NCBI RefSeq assembly: GCF_964204645.1
Contig: NC_134034.1
Coordinates: 4,810,914 to 4,874,913 of the forward strand
From: Tubulanus polymorphus
Lineage: Eukaryota > Animalia > Nemertea
DNA: 64,000 nucleotides
Direction of reading: 5' to 3'
Shown piece after piece: positions 1 to 13,700 of the stretch. Made by a program: the position numbers and the translations under genes. A model generated the notes under the pieces. That model was not told where the DNA came from. It worked only from the letters and a program-made list of their open reading frames with translations, and did no database searches. How positions within the stretch are numbered: position 1 is the stretch's first letter; each line of letters begins with the position of its first letter.

Positions 1-376
1 GGAATAGCTGTTGGCAGTAATTATATACATATATTATGTAATAATAGAGGCACCTGCCCCAGCTCTCCATAGACGAACTAAGACAAAATAGATTTTCCTA
101 ATCTTAAAAAAATATTCAAATAGGTCAATTGCAATTTTCCAAGAATATCAAGTTTTTCGTATTGACAGGTTTCACAGCCATATGTCAGGACAGGTGTGAC
201 AATACTATGAATAGTTTTCTCACAGGGTTCATAGTAGTAAAGCTCAGGTTCTAATAAGCACTTATAAGCACCATTTCAAAACCCAAAATAAATACTTTCA
301 AGTGCAATTGTGTAGATGTTTCTGTGCAGATAACATCTTAAGTAGCCAGGCAAACACAAGAAACTTTTACAATAAA

Positions 377-1617
377 AACATAAGTTTAATAAATAACGTA
401 TCTACAACATAAAATTACCAAATAAAGTAACTATTTTTTTTCAAACAGCCTGTTTACAATAAAAATCATAATCAGAAATACAACTGTTATTTAGAATATT
501 ATTGCAGTGTACCAAGTGACTTAGAATGTCGCTGAAGACGACTGATGCCCCACAACGCGTTGTGGGGGCATAAAAAGTTTATACCTCTCGTGGCCATAAA
601 ATAGTCCAGAGAACAATATGAAACAGTAATTTATGAATGACAAGTTTTTGCACTCAGGGATTCAATTTGCTTGGAGAGATCAGCAAGTCATTTTTCTTTG
701 ATGAAGTGGAATCACGGAATGTCACAGATTTGGTTATAAGTTCATGGGTTTCAGCAAATTTTTTTTTTTTTCGCTGCCTGTTTCGCATGAATATCTGCCG
801 ACGATGTTAATGTGCTGATGTCTACTTCGAGTAGCTTCGTCTTAGCTTTTAATTCATCGAGCACATCCTGTTTGGCTTTTCTTTTCTTGATGTGCTCTTG
901 GTCTCACTTTTTTTTCTCATTCAAATAAGCTTGATACCTACTGTGGGCACTTGCCACACTAGCAATCAACTCTGCTGTGATTTCTACGTCGAGAACACCC
1001 CTTACAGCAGGAATGTAATCACAAATCCTTCTTTGTGCTACAAAGGCCTCTTCGTCAAGATTTCCTACTTCTACCTGACACAGTATACATCCTATGCTGG
1101 TATAATGATGAATATATTAGAAATGACTCATTACGCACCATCTATTTCAACTTACTATTCTAGGATTTCCTAACCAGGGAAATTTTTCCTCTGTTGTTAA
1201 CTGGCCACTAAGTTCAAGACGATGCTTTAACGTTTTCCGCGCTTCTTAACGACATCCAGATCAGGACGCGATTTTAAAGCTTCCCCCGATAAATATTTCA
1301 GGTGCTGCTCAATACTAGCCGGGTTTTCCATTTCCATGTTATTATCCTGAAGACACAATCAAATTTCTTAATATTGGTAAAAGCAAAATTTGGTGTATGA
1401 TTGACTTTCTTCAAAAAATGACATACCGTCAGTGGAAATAATGGTCTCCACCTTTTGTTCTTTGTTGAATCACCACTGTTATCAGTAGACGAATCACCCT
1501 TGCCCTTTCTACCGAATTTCTTATGAACTTCATCAACTTCTGTAATATCTACGAGAGTTGATCGATCCCTTTTCATCTTTGCTTTTAGGGATTCTTTAGT
1601 ACTTCCTGAATAAAAAA
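377..1617. repeat. Dispersed duplicated segment, copy 1 (copy 2 at 53971-55156)
   Basis: Colinear high similarity starting AACATAAGTTTAATAAATAACG in both copies. Copy 2 has a 220-bp MITE insertion and lacks ~1343-1597. Confidence 0.9.
740..1080 (-). pseudogene. C-terminal remnant of a hAT-like transposase
   Basis: Minus strand reads QVEVGNLDEEAFVAQRRICDY followed by a basic coiled tail, resembling the region after the hAT dimerisation domain. Frameshifted. Paralogous to ORF 54554-54775. Confidence 0.45.
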
Positions 1618-2593
1618 GTAATTTTCATATCTGAACCATGTACTGTGTACTTGATGCCCGATATTACCTTCAATGACCTGACTGAAAATGTCACAAAAGC
1701 TATCTATAGGGCAAGAGTATAGATTCACTGTGGAAGATATTATCAGTATGTACTTAATAATTCCTATCAATCATCAATATACATGCTACAGATTATTACA
1801 TATACTTACAAATCCTGTATTATCCTGCCCTTTTAGATATGGGTACTTCATAAGCAGCTTTGGTATGACAGTGTCATAAAACTGGCGTGTAGGAAACCTA
1901 TGAAAAACATTAAAACACAAGTTTTCTTTTCATACTTTTAGAACAGTACAGGTAGAAGGTGGAAATAGAATATTGGATTTCAGAGTTAAACTCAAGGCCG
2001 ATCAAGCCAAAAGTTTGCATACTTCATTCAAATATCATAGTTATCAAATAATCAGCTTGCCAGTGAATTGCTATGTTAGACACAACTGTTCTTCCCTAAA
2101 TTTTATTCAATACTTACAAGGTATGTTGAATTATATCATTGGCCAATGATGTTATAAGCACGGTTCTTATACAATTTCTCTATGATTTCAATACTTGGTC
2201 GTCTTTGCGTTCAAGCGCTTTTTGTACAAACAGCGTAAAGTTCGGCAGCTCATATGTCATGGGTGATGGTGATTTCGATGAAATGCCTGGAGTGCTGCAA
2301 CTCTGAGGTGGCCCAGGAGACTGAAGTGGCCCGGTGCTAGTGGGCGGTACATGTAGAGATGATCTGCTGTTATCACGGGGAGCTGACATGCATAATGATG
2401 ACGATTCATCTTCTTCAGACATATAAATTACTATCTGTTCTGAATGCTCTCTGAAATGAGTTTTACACAATTTGATATTTAATGTGCTAAAGTACTTAAT
2501 CATGTTAAACTTCGAATGAGTATAATTGTGTGGTTCTGATCAATGGTGTTGATGTAATATAATTGTATCACAGTGGGCAATATGATTGTACTA

Positions 2594-2779
2594 CAGTGAA
2601 CCCCCTCATTACAGCAAACTTCCCAAGACAAGAAAATATGGCTGTTCTAACCGATTGTTGGTTACATTTCCAGTATGAAGTTAATTGAATTTTCTTACTA
2701 ATACTTCTGAATTGAAATTCTATATTTGTTATATCCGATAAATTGTTATATCCGAGTTCGTTGTAATGAGGTTCCACTG
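2594..2779. mobile_element. Tc1/mariner (Tigger/pogo-like) MITE
   Basis: TA|CAGTGAACCCCCTCATTACA ... TGTAATGAGGTTCCACTG|TA: imperfect TIRs and TA TSD. Confidence 0.7.
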
Positions 2780-3099
2780 TAGTGCATTAAATTCAAGAAA
2801 AAACCCGACCTAGTTTTCAACTTTCAATTTTATCATTCCTGCTACAAATTGAGCACTTGGTCTTATGTTAGCTTGCATGGAACAACATGTAGCAGATATT
2901 TCAGCAAGAGCCGATAATCCGAGCTGTTTCACCATGATTCACATCAGTCAACTCAGACTGCATCTCCCCATCTTTAGCCCAAAGCTCTACAGCAATAAGC
3001 CTATGGTATTTTTGATAAATTTTTCTACTCCTGCTCATTCAATCGGTAATACCGTGGATGTGATTTCGCCCTTATAAAAATGGTACACGTGTAATTATA

Positions 3100-3484
3100 A
3101 ATGAAAATACACGTGTATTTTAAGTACACATGTAAAATTTGCCCAATTTTACACATGTACTTCATCCTAAATACACATGTCTTACACGTGTACTTCATCC
3201 TAAATACACGTGTCTTACACGTGTACTTCATCCTAAATACACGTGTCTTACACGTGTACTTCATCCTAAATACACGTGTCTTACACATGTACTTCATCCT
3301 AAATACACGTCTATTACACATGTACTTTATCCTAAATACACGTCTATTAAACATGTACTTTATCCTAAATATATGTGTCTTACACGTGTACTTCATCCTA
3401 AATACACATGTACTTCATCGTAAATACATGGCTATTACGCGTGTACTTCATCCTAAATACAAGGGTCCTTCATCCTAAATACAC
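3100..3484. repeat. 33-bp minisatellite
   Basis: About 10 tandem units of TACACGTGTACTTCATCCTAAATACACGTGTCT; explains the repetitive ORFs at 3025-3478. Confidence 0.95.
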
Positions 3485-4329
3485 TGTCTGTCTATATTCT
3501 GTTATAAGCAATTTCAGCTGCGAGAGGTCCAGGGGCATCTAATTCCTGTCTGAAAATATACTGAATTCCAATCCTTGCTCAGCTTGAAGAAAATATCGAA
3601 CTCCAATTTACCTCAGAAGAACCAAGACACAGTTAAAAGTTATCTTTATGATTTTAATATGTAAGATATAGATAGAATACATAGCTAATCCATGCCATAA
3701 TCTCAAGCCCGAAGCTTCTTCAATTTCTGACGAATTGCAACTTTTACATCGGAAATATTAGCTTCGGGAATCTCTTTTTTTAGGTGCCCTAAAAAGATAA
3801 AACTAGATTTTAGCATAACTTTCCACGCACAATTGCTGTTTAAAAACATCCAGGAATTACTTACTCATTATAAGATTGATTCGCTTTAAATCGATCTGTC
3901 TCGATGGGTCGACCTCCATCGTAATACCATCCCTCCCTGTTGATACGGCCAGCTGATTTGACCTTTCCAGCAAGCCGACGAACCTTGCTTGCGGAATTGG
4001 CGTTCAGCAATCTGTAAGCATCCTAAAAGAAAATGTGTACCGTAATAGAGACAAAAACCCCTTAACAAGTTTTTGAATTGTCAAGTTCATGCTTAAAAAA
4101 TGGTTACCGGTAAATTATCAATTTCTTCGTCCTGAGCTGGTGCGAACTCACGAGCAGGCTCCAATGCAATAGCTGGCTGTAATTCTGCTGCAGGCTCCAC
4201 CTGGTTGATAACGGCAGGTTCTTCGATATCTGGCCTGCCTTCAACAGCATTTTGTACAGATAAAACGCGCTGAAAATCAATGAAACTTCAAATGTACTCC
4301 CATTTCAATGTGTAAGGGGTGAAGAGGCC

Positions 4330-4825
4330 ATGTGTAAGCGGGTAGAGATGATGTGTAATAGGGGTAGAGATATCATGCATAAGGGGCAGAGATAATTCGG
4401 GCGGATCAGAGGTGATGCGTCAGAGGCTAGCGTAAGGAGGGTAGAGATCATGCGTAAGGAGGGTAGAGAGATCATGCGTAAGGAGGGTAGAGATGCGTAA
4501 GGAGGGTAAAAGGTCATGCGTAAGGAGGGAAGAGAGATCATGCGTAAGGAGGGTAGAGGTCATGCGTAAGGAGGGTAGAGAGCTTATGCGTAAGGAGGGT
4601 AGAGAGCTCGCGCGTAAGGAGGGTAAAGAGGTCACGCGTAAGGAGGGTAGAGAGATCATGTAGCTTGGGGGTTGTAGAGACCATGTGTAGGGGTATGTAG
4701 AGAGATCATGCATAGTAGGGGTATAGATCAAGCATCAAGGGGCATAGGGGGTAGATCATGCGTACGGGGGGTAGAGATCATGTGTAAGAGGGTAGAAGGA
4801 CCATGCATCAGGGGGTAGAGGGATT
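4330..4825. repeat. Purine-rich ~22-24-bp minisatellite
   Basis: Tandem ATGCGTAAGGAGGGTAGAGAGATC-like units. Confidence 0.9.
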
Positions 4826-4927
4826 GGGCGGAGGATAAAAAAAGTATCATACAATTCGAACATCTTCAATCGCAACCCCTGAAATGGTAAAATTTAGTTT
4901 TTTTCCGTTGTTAGAATACATATCTAG

Positions 4928-5430
4928 AAACTAGGGGTCCAAAAAGGGGTATAAAACATCCTTTTCCAAAGAATACCCATCACAAATTGCAATTAGAAAT
5001 GGCAAACCAGTAGGAAGCTACAGGACTCAGATTTTGGGCCAAATTGACATTTTTGGACACTAAAAAGGTCATAGGACGGCCATCTTGAGTCCGATCGACC
5101 CAATTTTTCTAGCGGTGATGGGCCCTTGGGGGATTCAAATATATACAAAAGATCAAGGTAATTGATTTTAAGCGTCTTCAAATTTTCCCGTAAAAAGTGC
5201 TGATTTTGACGAACAACAATGGCTGCCAGTCGGCCATCTTGATTCTGGCAGGGCCAGTTTTTGGGCTGAAGATGTGTCTAGGGTAGATACATGTATAAAC
5301 CAAATATCAAGACATTACCTTGAAGCGTCTTCAAAACTTCCCAAAATAACTGGATTCCGTCTATGGACGGACGACGGACGAAAAGTGAACGCAATAGCCC
5401 GCTGGGACTAAAGTCCCAAGTGGGCTAAAA
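4928..5430 (+). mobile_element. Non-autonomous Helentron-associated (HINE/DINE-like) element
   Basis: Starts AAACTAG. Has a GGACGGACGACGGACG microsatellite and a 3' stem-loop (TAGCCC..GGGAC TAAA GTCCC..GGGCTA) before an A-run. A similar 3' end occurs at 41875-41947. Confidence 0.5.
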
Positions 5431-5766
5431 ATTGGTCAAGACGTTGATTAATATAATTTAAGCATTTTATGGAATGTTGCGGGTTGGCATGAGGGATAGA
5501 TGACTTAAATTAATTAACTTAATTAGAGATCCCACTTAAGTGCAGGTTAATGCTTTAAGTATGAGGTTAGAAAATATTGAAACAAAACTACTGTACCTTC
5601 ATCACCAGCATCTTGTGCATGCACAATCCTCCTTGAAGTAACTGAAAAGAGAAATGTCACTAATTAAATGTGCAAGGGATTTGGATGGTATTTAAAAGTT
5701 AATCCCCATCACCATAAACCATCAGCTTACTCAATGCTAGGGTTTTCTGAGAACTAAACATATGTA

Positions 5767-5944
5767 CAGTCATCCCTTGAGCACATCGCTGATTTAGGAT
5801 TTTAGCAATGAAGAGTATGGCAGCATATCGGGGGTTCGTTCTTACTAGTTCAAAAACAAAATACGATGCTTTGTTACAGACAAAATACAATGTTCAATTT
5901 TGAGAAAAAAAACCTGGCATTCAACAGGAGTTGGGGGTTGACTG
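5767..5944. mobile_element. Small TA-flanked Tc1/mariner-type MITE
   Basis: TA|CAGTCATCCC ... GGGGTTGACTG|TA. Confidence 0.55.
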
Positions 5945-6399
5945 TATATATCTCGTCTTAGAGCTAGTCAAAATAACCTCCCAAAATTTTGACATACTTT
6001 CAGTACCACCAAAATCCTAAATCACTGATACCAAAGTAATCGAATATTGACTGCACAGTTTTTCAGTCAATGGCAAGGTCAATTACTACTTCTTTGCCGG
6101 TCTTTTTCTTTCCACTAGTTGTCAACAAATATAGTTACTTTGAATAGAAATTACCTGCATTCATTATATCATCAAACTTGTTTGAGATATCTTTCAGGAT
6201 GGCTGGCGTTTCTGAAAATACAAATGCCAGAATTGAAACAATATTTCACTAAAATCTGTCATAAAAGAACCTTGAATGAACTAGAAAAAACTTTGCACAG
6301 AATTGAAACAATATTTTACTAAAATCTGTCATAAAAGAACCTTGAATGAACTAAAGCACATTACCTGTTTCAAGCTGAAAATTTATTGCCATTAATTTT

Positions 6400-7179
6400 C
6401 TGGTCCTCTCTTTTGACTCTCGTAAGTCCCGTAGTAAACGTTTTATAGCTGAACCTCGAAGGGAACTACTCATTGCCATCAGAATCTGCGACTCCGAATA
6501 AGTAGGGTCACGTAGGATCAACTCATTTTTATTGCTACCGGGATCCCCAGAAAATTTTCCCAGTCGGGTTACGTACAGCCACTGTTGCTGTCTTACTGAA
6601 TGCGCTATGGTCACTGAAAGACACACATTTCGGGGTCGACGTAGCCGCTGGCAAATCAAATCGTAATCTATTATGAGGAGAGCTGCGTTTTGACAATTGC
6701 TTTAACATAACGCCTTGTTGCTGAGGATTAAGCTCATCAAAACATCTAAATACTTTTTCCATATCATGTTCTTGCCCCCCTTTCTCCTCTTTAACACTAT
6801 AGCGCAACGTTCTTTCCCCACCTAATTCCGTCTGACTAAAGAAAGACTGTGCAAGAAACCTATCCTGTTCCTTTCCCGCCATCTTTGATACCAATCTCAC
6901 TTCTCCTTCCAACTGGGAAACAATTTGCCCATCACTTATCGATACAGCTGTTTGTGACATACCCGTGGTCGGAAATAAAATATAAAAGCCATCCCCATAA
7001 GCTTTAACGCCCTGGACCTCTAATTCAGTGGACCGAAACCTATCAGCCACAGCTTGAGGAGTATGTTGTTTGATATCAAGCCCCGTAATAAACACCACCC
7101 GTTCATACAAAGCCATTTGATTATCGGGAACAATACCAGAAATGACGAACGCGATAAACATAACAAAAGTGCAATACAT
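6400..7179 (-). pseudogene. gag: Gypsy Gag (PNMA-like), frameshifted and truncated
   Basis: ORFs 6535-7179 and 6351-6659 lie downstream of the PBS; YSESQILMAMSSSLRGSA resembles the PNMA/Gypsy capsid helix. Confidence 0.55.
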
Positions 7180-7874
7180 TTGAATTAACTCTTCTCACAC
7201 CAAAAAGAAAAACCTGGTAAGTCTACACAAACCAAATGAAAAAAAAACAGATAATTACAATGTCTTTCCGACACACCAAAAAGAAAAACCTGGTACGTCT
7301 GCACAAACCAAATGAAAAAACAGATAATTACAATGTCTTTCCGACACACACAGAAAATAAAAAACACAAATCGTTGAGCGCTCCTGGCGCACAGATGGAA
7401 AGTAAAATGTAAACTAAACCCGAAGCAAGCAAGCGTTAATAGATACAACATACATTTCTGAACGCTCTTTGGCGCATGACACAAGCGAGCAAGCATTGGT
7501 TAGAATAGCGCAACACGAAACATATACATATGCTCACCCAAACGCCGGTTGTCACCGTCACAGCTGATCACAATCGTTGAAGACAAATTTACCAGTTGAA
7601 TTCACCTTGGCGAATGCGGTTCGGACGAACTAAACGGAAGCATGCATGCATTATACATACATATGAGACAGATCAATCCTTAACCATATAATATATATAC
7701 TGACGAACGAAATACCAGTACCGGATTTCACATCAGCAACGCACAATCGACACAATCAGACGATTTCAATACTTTCATACGAGGATGCATCCACTTTATA
7801 TCGGCATGAACCTGGATAACTTTTTAATTATCCAGAATATAACGCTGAGTCTACCCACGCAAATCACTCCAGTG

Positions 7875-7892
7875 GCCCCACATCGGGCGCCA
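7875..7892 (-). promoter_or_regulatory. Primer-binding site, tRNA-Lys(CUU)-like
   Basis: TGGCGCCCGATGTGGGGC versus canonical TGGCGCCCAACGTGGGGC (2 mismatches). Confidence 0.8.
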
Positions 7893-8275
7893 AATGTGAC
7901 CGATCCATTTTTATAACAGCAGAGGACGAATGGCCAATCGAATAAATGGGCTCCTGGAGATCACCGGCGACTCAGCTCCGATTCCTCACGACGATATGTG
8001 TTGTCTCCTCCGATCGAGCAATAAACCAACAATCCTGACAACACAACCAAGCCTGCAGCAACAGGATAAATAAATAAATGATTTATTACATACAAACAAC
8101 AACAGTTGTCACCCGAGTGGACAACAACTCAACAATCCCCTGTTCTCACAACATTATCGATATAATTCTGACATGACAGAGAAACATAGACTACAATAAC
8201 AGCTTATCCCGAGAGGGATTACGTTTTTAAAACAAGACAACAACAACTCAACAATGACCTGTTGCCGCCAAAACA

Positions 8276-8590
8276 CCCAACTGGTGTATGTAACAATGCC
8301 AGCGTATCAATCATGATATTTTGGGGAACAACTGGAGCCGACGTCTCACTAATGATGGTCTTGTCGTTTATGAAAATGACATTTTTCTTTGCGCGAAAGT
8401 TTTTGATCATTACACCTGAATTCTTCGCAAATTTGTGATTTGTGTATACCATTGCTTTAATACAGCCAGTGGAATCCGCTAGAGAGAGCTGCTTACGATT
8501 TAGATCCTCCTCAATTATTTGTACTTTCAATGGCTCGGAATAAGGAAGCATTAGCTCCCGTTGCTGCAACAACTGAACTACTGATAACAT
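8276..8590 (-). pseudogene. RPA-like OB-fold protein fragment of the Helitron
   Basis: ORF 8219-8695 contains QLSLADSTGCIKAMVY..KFAKNSGVMIKNF; its C-terminus runs into the Gypsy LTR. Confidence 0.45.
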
Positions 8591-9298
8591 CTGAAATGTA
8601 GTAAAAAGGATTATGTTAATGTTATTTACTATATCTGTAACATTTAAAAACTGTTTTGACCCGGCATTAGTAACTCTTAGAGTATTAACTGACAAGTGTC
8701 AAGTCAGAGGCAGCGTCAGCAAAATTTTGTAAATTGCCCAATACATGAATGCCAGAATACATTTTCAATGCAAACCATACTCAAGTGATAAAAGATGTCG
8801 AGATCTACTACTGTGCAAATTTTCAGGGCAATACAACCAGTAAAGCAAAGCAGTCTGTGCAACAATATGGTATTATTATATAAGATTATTTTACAAGATT
8901 ACACCTTAGAAAAAACTCGCAGCAAAAACCATACTGTCGTGATTTTAAAATGTAGCTAACTATTAACGGTAGAATTAAATCCCCACGTCCTAACAATAGT
9001 GAATTTACTGATGAAGACAACAGCAATAGCAGATAGCAGGACTATCTGATATACAGTGTGCAGAATATACTACCTGTTCATCAATACTCTCAACTTGGCA
9101 ACACTCATGCAATACACATCTAATCTGCCAAATGGATCCAAAAGGATCACAATTTTTATCAAAATAACCTAGTATAGGGCCAAATTGAGCATCTTTAAGC
9201 AAGACATATTTACAACAGTTTTTACAAATTTATAGGAGGTAACTGCAAGAAATATAATTACAATTGATGAATCAAAAGAATCATAATTCTTCATCAAT

Positions 9299-9962
9299 TC
9301 ATATTGATATACATATCATACTATGATCAGACCAGTATGTATCTACATGAACAGAGGACTTAGCCATATTCGTAAATATCAGATCGAGAAAGCTGCCTTG
9401 AGTTGTTGTGGGGTGTTCAACAAGTTGAGTGCAATTGAGAACATCAACCATAAAAGATATTAGAGGCAAATTATACTCATTTGTATGAACAAGAGATTTC
9501 ATATTAAAATCACCCATAATAATCAAGGGATTATCCAAGTCTAAATGAAGTGACAAGGTTGTTAAAGTGGCAAACAGATAATTAAACGTACGATGTGGTG
9601 AGACATAGAAAAACACAAGTTGGCAGGGCCTGTGTTTATGTTAAATGCACAGATATGAATATTCAATATATTGTTCATTGGCTATAGAGCTCTCTAAGAA
9701 ACACAAATTTGATTTGTAGAATGCTACAATACCATGGGATGGTCTAGTTTGTAAATGTTGAATCATTGTCATTGCGAATTATTTTGAAGCCTGGTAATGC
9801 TATTTTTGCATCTTGATCACTGGGAATATGTCTTGACTCAGAAAATGCAGCAGCACAGATATTTTGATTGGACCTTATAATGACATAGAGCTGAAAATAT
9901 GAGCGTGCGTTCTGACTATCTTTAATCCTGGTAAACTTGTGGAATATAATGGTGTATAGCAT
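9299..9962 (-). pseudogene. APE-type endonuclease (Helentron)
   Basis: AFSESR..LPGFKIIRND, IIMGDFN, PTT..GSFLDLIF and SDH motifs across frameshifted ORFs. Confidence 0.85.
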
Positions 9963-10369
9963 CGCAACATTGGGCTCTTAAGACGCATGTATTCCATATT
10001 TGCAATTACATCAGGAGAGACTGTTATTTTCTTTTCATTTAGATTAACTATGTGTAATCCAGACAGCTGCTTGACTCTACTCATGGCAACATAATGTGAA
10101 TGTGTTAATAAAGATACAGGAGTCTTGTTTCCAGTGCCCATATCAACAACTATGCTGTGGAATGCTCCACTCTGAGCTGTATGTATTGTTCTGCCTGAAC
10201 TTGGCATCAAAGGAAATGGAGTTCTTTGTACTATTACATTTCATAGGAAAAGTACGCTTCACTGCAAATATTGGCATCCACCTTGAGGATATTTCTTGTG
10301 TGAAATAACATTTGTACTTTTGTCGCTGATGGCTTCCTGTTTGTGCATCAATGAACTTGTGATGGAATA
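9963..10369 (-). pseudogene. PIF1-like helicase, C-terminal part
   Basis: TIHTAQS (motif V-like) and YVAMSRVKQLSGL (motif VI). Confidence 0.85.
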
Positions 10370-10551
10370 TGTCCATCAGTCGTTTTCTATGTTGTAACTG
10401 GAGGGTGCTGCCCTCTCTCTCTCGAAAATACAGAACAATAGGTGATTGTGTTAATATCTTTTGTCCGCCTTTTTACTGGTTTTTGGGCTCTCAGAGTCGA
10501 TATTTGGAGGAAACTTCTACTGTGGAACAGGCAGAATAGAACCTCGTTACA
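10370..10551 (+). repeat. 5' LTR (182 bp)
   Basis: TG...CA termini, matches both ends of the 3' LTR, followed by the PBS. Confidence 0.9.
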
Positions 10552-10795
10552 TCTGGTGGCAGCGTAGTGGGATTTGATTGTGAAAAAACCAGTTGAAATT
10601 GAGTTGAAGCGGTGAACACGTTTTTCTCCGTTTAGTCTGTGTAAATTACGGTTACTTTTTGTGTGTACTTTACGTATTTTTTTTACCTACTTCGTAATTC
10701 CTAGTATATATTTAGTATTATTTAAGTGCCTGTTTCCCCTAAATTTATTTGCGGTCCTGTATTTTCTTTGTCATTTATATAAAAGAATAGTAATT

Positions 10796-13700
10796 ATGTC
10801 GGATGTTGAGAATGATGTGTGTGAGCCCTTGGCCTTATCTAGGCCTATGTCACCAACGGCCGGAGCTGCACATCATGACCCCCTGGTTAGTGGGGAGGGT
10901 AACTTCTCGTTAAAACCAAAACGTGGCCGTCCAACGAAGACAAAAGCTGAAAATTTGAAAACATCTGAGGATTCCATCCTCCAGGGACTGACTGAAGTGA
11001 TGGAGAGGGTCGTGACGAGAGATGCACCCACCCCGAAAATGCACAATATTCCTGCACCCAAGCCCTATACCATGGGACACAATTTCCGCGTTTGGCTCGA
11101 AAGGTTTGACGCGTTCGCTGACCTGGCTCAGATTAGTTCTCGCATCAACGGGGGAGAACAGCGTAAATCACACCTGATGATGCGACTTGACCATGAGGCA
11201 TACCAGGCTGTCTCGAACCTACGTCTCGACTCGAGCCTGTCGTATGATGATTTCTGTCGGCGGCTATCATCATCCCGTTTCCAACAAACAAAGACTGTGG
11301 ATGACTTTAAGATGTTGTTGAAAGGGAGGGACCAAAAGACAACTGAATCTGTGGAACGCTATGCCGACGAGTTAGCAGAACTGGCAAGGAACGCGTACCC
11401 TGGCATTGCCTTCGAGCTGCAGGATGAATTGGCCATTTGGAAGCAGTTGTCTCTGGTAATGGCAATCGTCGACCGCCCGCCGATGACAAATGTTGGCGTT
11501 GCAGGGATGCAGACCATCCCAAAAACTTGTGCCCACAAGTTAAATGCTATAATTGCGGGGGGAGTGGTCACTATTCAAGTAACTGCCACCTACCTAAGGG
11601 AAACCAGGGAAACGAGAAGCAGGGTTTTCAGGGGGCAGTGGAAACTCCATCAGGAAATAGTCCCCCCTGTACCGCTGTATATACCCCCCGCAAGACGTAG
11701 GAAAAATCGGATGAATATGGCAAATGGGCTAACGTGCGATGCAAATAGAGATGCACCTATTGATGGTTACCATCATACTAGCCCCACCACCGTGAGACCA
11801 TCAAACCATATTCAAATGATACCGAGACCATCAAACCATATGCAAACGGCACCTCAAGATGGATATGTGGTTGCTGGCCAGGCATGTGATTCTAGTGGAG
11901 ATACACCTACTGATGGTCCGCATCCTACTAGAACCATCACTGTTAGACCACCACAACATACCCAAAGTATAGAAGAAAATCGACGTGACCCTTCGGAGAA
12001 CAGTGAGGCTCCCAGTCCGGCTACGGAAAACACTTGTCACAAGTTGCGCGACACCAAGGTTCAAACAACAGGAACAGAACCAGCCCAGACGAGCTTAGTT
12101 ACAAACATCGGAACAGTGAGGCTCCACACCTCGGGCCTTTTCTGTGATGCCGTAGTAAATGACAATTCGAAAGCGGTGGTACTCCTGGACACTGGTGCCT
12201 CCTGCACAATCATTAAAGGTTCGGTATGGGACTCTAGTAGCCCGACTGGTGAAGCTGCTACACTGAGGCCAATCGAAGGAATCGTGACAACGGCTACCGG
12301 TCAGCCAATGGAGTTACGTGGATTAGCTGATGTATGTCTGAGAGTTAGAACTGAAGAATTTCATGTCCCCATGATCGTCAGCGAGGATTTGGCACAAGAC
12401 TGCTTGCTTGGAAGTGATTTCTTCGAGAAATATGGCTGCAACATACATTACCGTAACAAAGTGCTCCGCTTCGGAAGCCTCAGCGAGGTGCCTGTCCGCC
12501 AGAGCTCCAAACGTGCGAGCGCTTGCAGGGTGTTCATCAGTAAGAGCCAAATCATTCCAGCTGGATCCGAGGTGGTGGTAATTGGATACGTGAAACGGAG
12601 TTATGCTCATAATAATTCGACCTCAGGGATGATCAGCAGCTGTGGACGGAATAATTTCTGCACTGGGAAAACACTGGTGGTACCGAAGGCAAACCAGATA
12701 CCGGTTCGGCTAGCTAACTCCTCGGATGAGGCTTGTAGAGTCGACAGGGGCCAGACTATTGGTCTATTCTGCCCCCTACAGTCAGTTGACATCATGACTG
12801 TCGACGACCATGCTCAAAACCCGTCAACTCCCATCATGACTGTCGACGACCATGCTCAAAACCCGTCAACTCCAAAAATCCAGCTGCAGGGTGGTGACAA
12901 TACTGAATTCATGGACCTCTTGAGAGAATTGAAAATCGACCAGCTTGAAATCCCCACTGACATGAAAACACAGCTTGTTGACATCATACGGGAGCACAAG
13001 TCAGTATTCTCGATGGGAGACTTTGACATTGGTCGAACAGATTCGCTTGAATTCGAGATTGACACCGGTGACCACCCACCAATAAAACTACATCCCCGCC
13101 GGCTACCCCCTGGTAGGAGAGCTTTTGTTGAGGGGACGACCAAGGAGCTTTTAGAACACGACTTGATCCGGCAATCCACCAGACCGTGGTCACGCCCAAT
13201 AGTTCTAGGCGAAAAAGACCGATGGTTCCCTGCGTCTATGCTGCGATTACCGCCGACTCAATGACGCAACAGTCAAAGACTCTCACCCATTAGGTAGAAT
13301 AGACAGTACCCTAGAGGCTTTATCGGGCGCAACCTGGTTCTCGTCCCTCGATTTGACCAGCGGATACTGGCAGGTCCCAATAAAGGAATCAGACAAACAT
13401 AAGACCGCATTCACGACTGAAAACCATCTATTTGAGTGGCCGGTGTCGAAACCGACGGTGCAAATGCGATAGAGTCAGGGATTGGCCGACCCCAACGTCA
13501 GTTACCGAACTGCGTAGTTTCCTTGGTCTTGTGACATATTACTCGCAATTCATCAAGGATTTCGCCGACTTGACAGCCCCACTACACCGCCTTACGAGGA
13601 AAAATGAACCATTCGTCTGGACATCCAAGCAACAACTAGCGTTTGACGGACTGAAAGAAAAACTGACCAGCTCCCCTATCCTGGCATTCCCAGATTTCTC

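Larger units (their letters stand above)
6400..8275 (-). mobile_element. Truncated Ty3/Gypsy retrotransposon (5' LTR ~7895-8275, PBS, gag start)
   Basis: On the minus strand the LTR ends ...GGTCACA, then TT, then PBS TGGCGCCCGATGTGGGGC. AATAAA lies within the LTR and gag-like ORFs follow. Outer LTR boundary approximate. Confidence 0.7.

Noticed and set aside
3025-3484. 33-bp repeats as a CRISPR array or repeat protein
   Set aside because: Units are contiguous with no unique spacers, there are no cas genes and the context is eukaryotic; the ORFs are by-products of the period.
1200-4300. Possible spliced transposon accessory gene remnant on the minus strand
   Set aside because: Exon-like fragments exist (e.g. 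VIPKLLMKYPYLKG), but I could not build a consistent model or assign a family.
10661-10795. Hydrophobic N-terminal extension of Gag
   Set aside because: GTG-initiated read-through of a T-rich leader; ATG 10796 is the likelier start.
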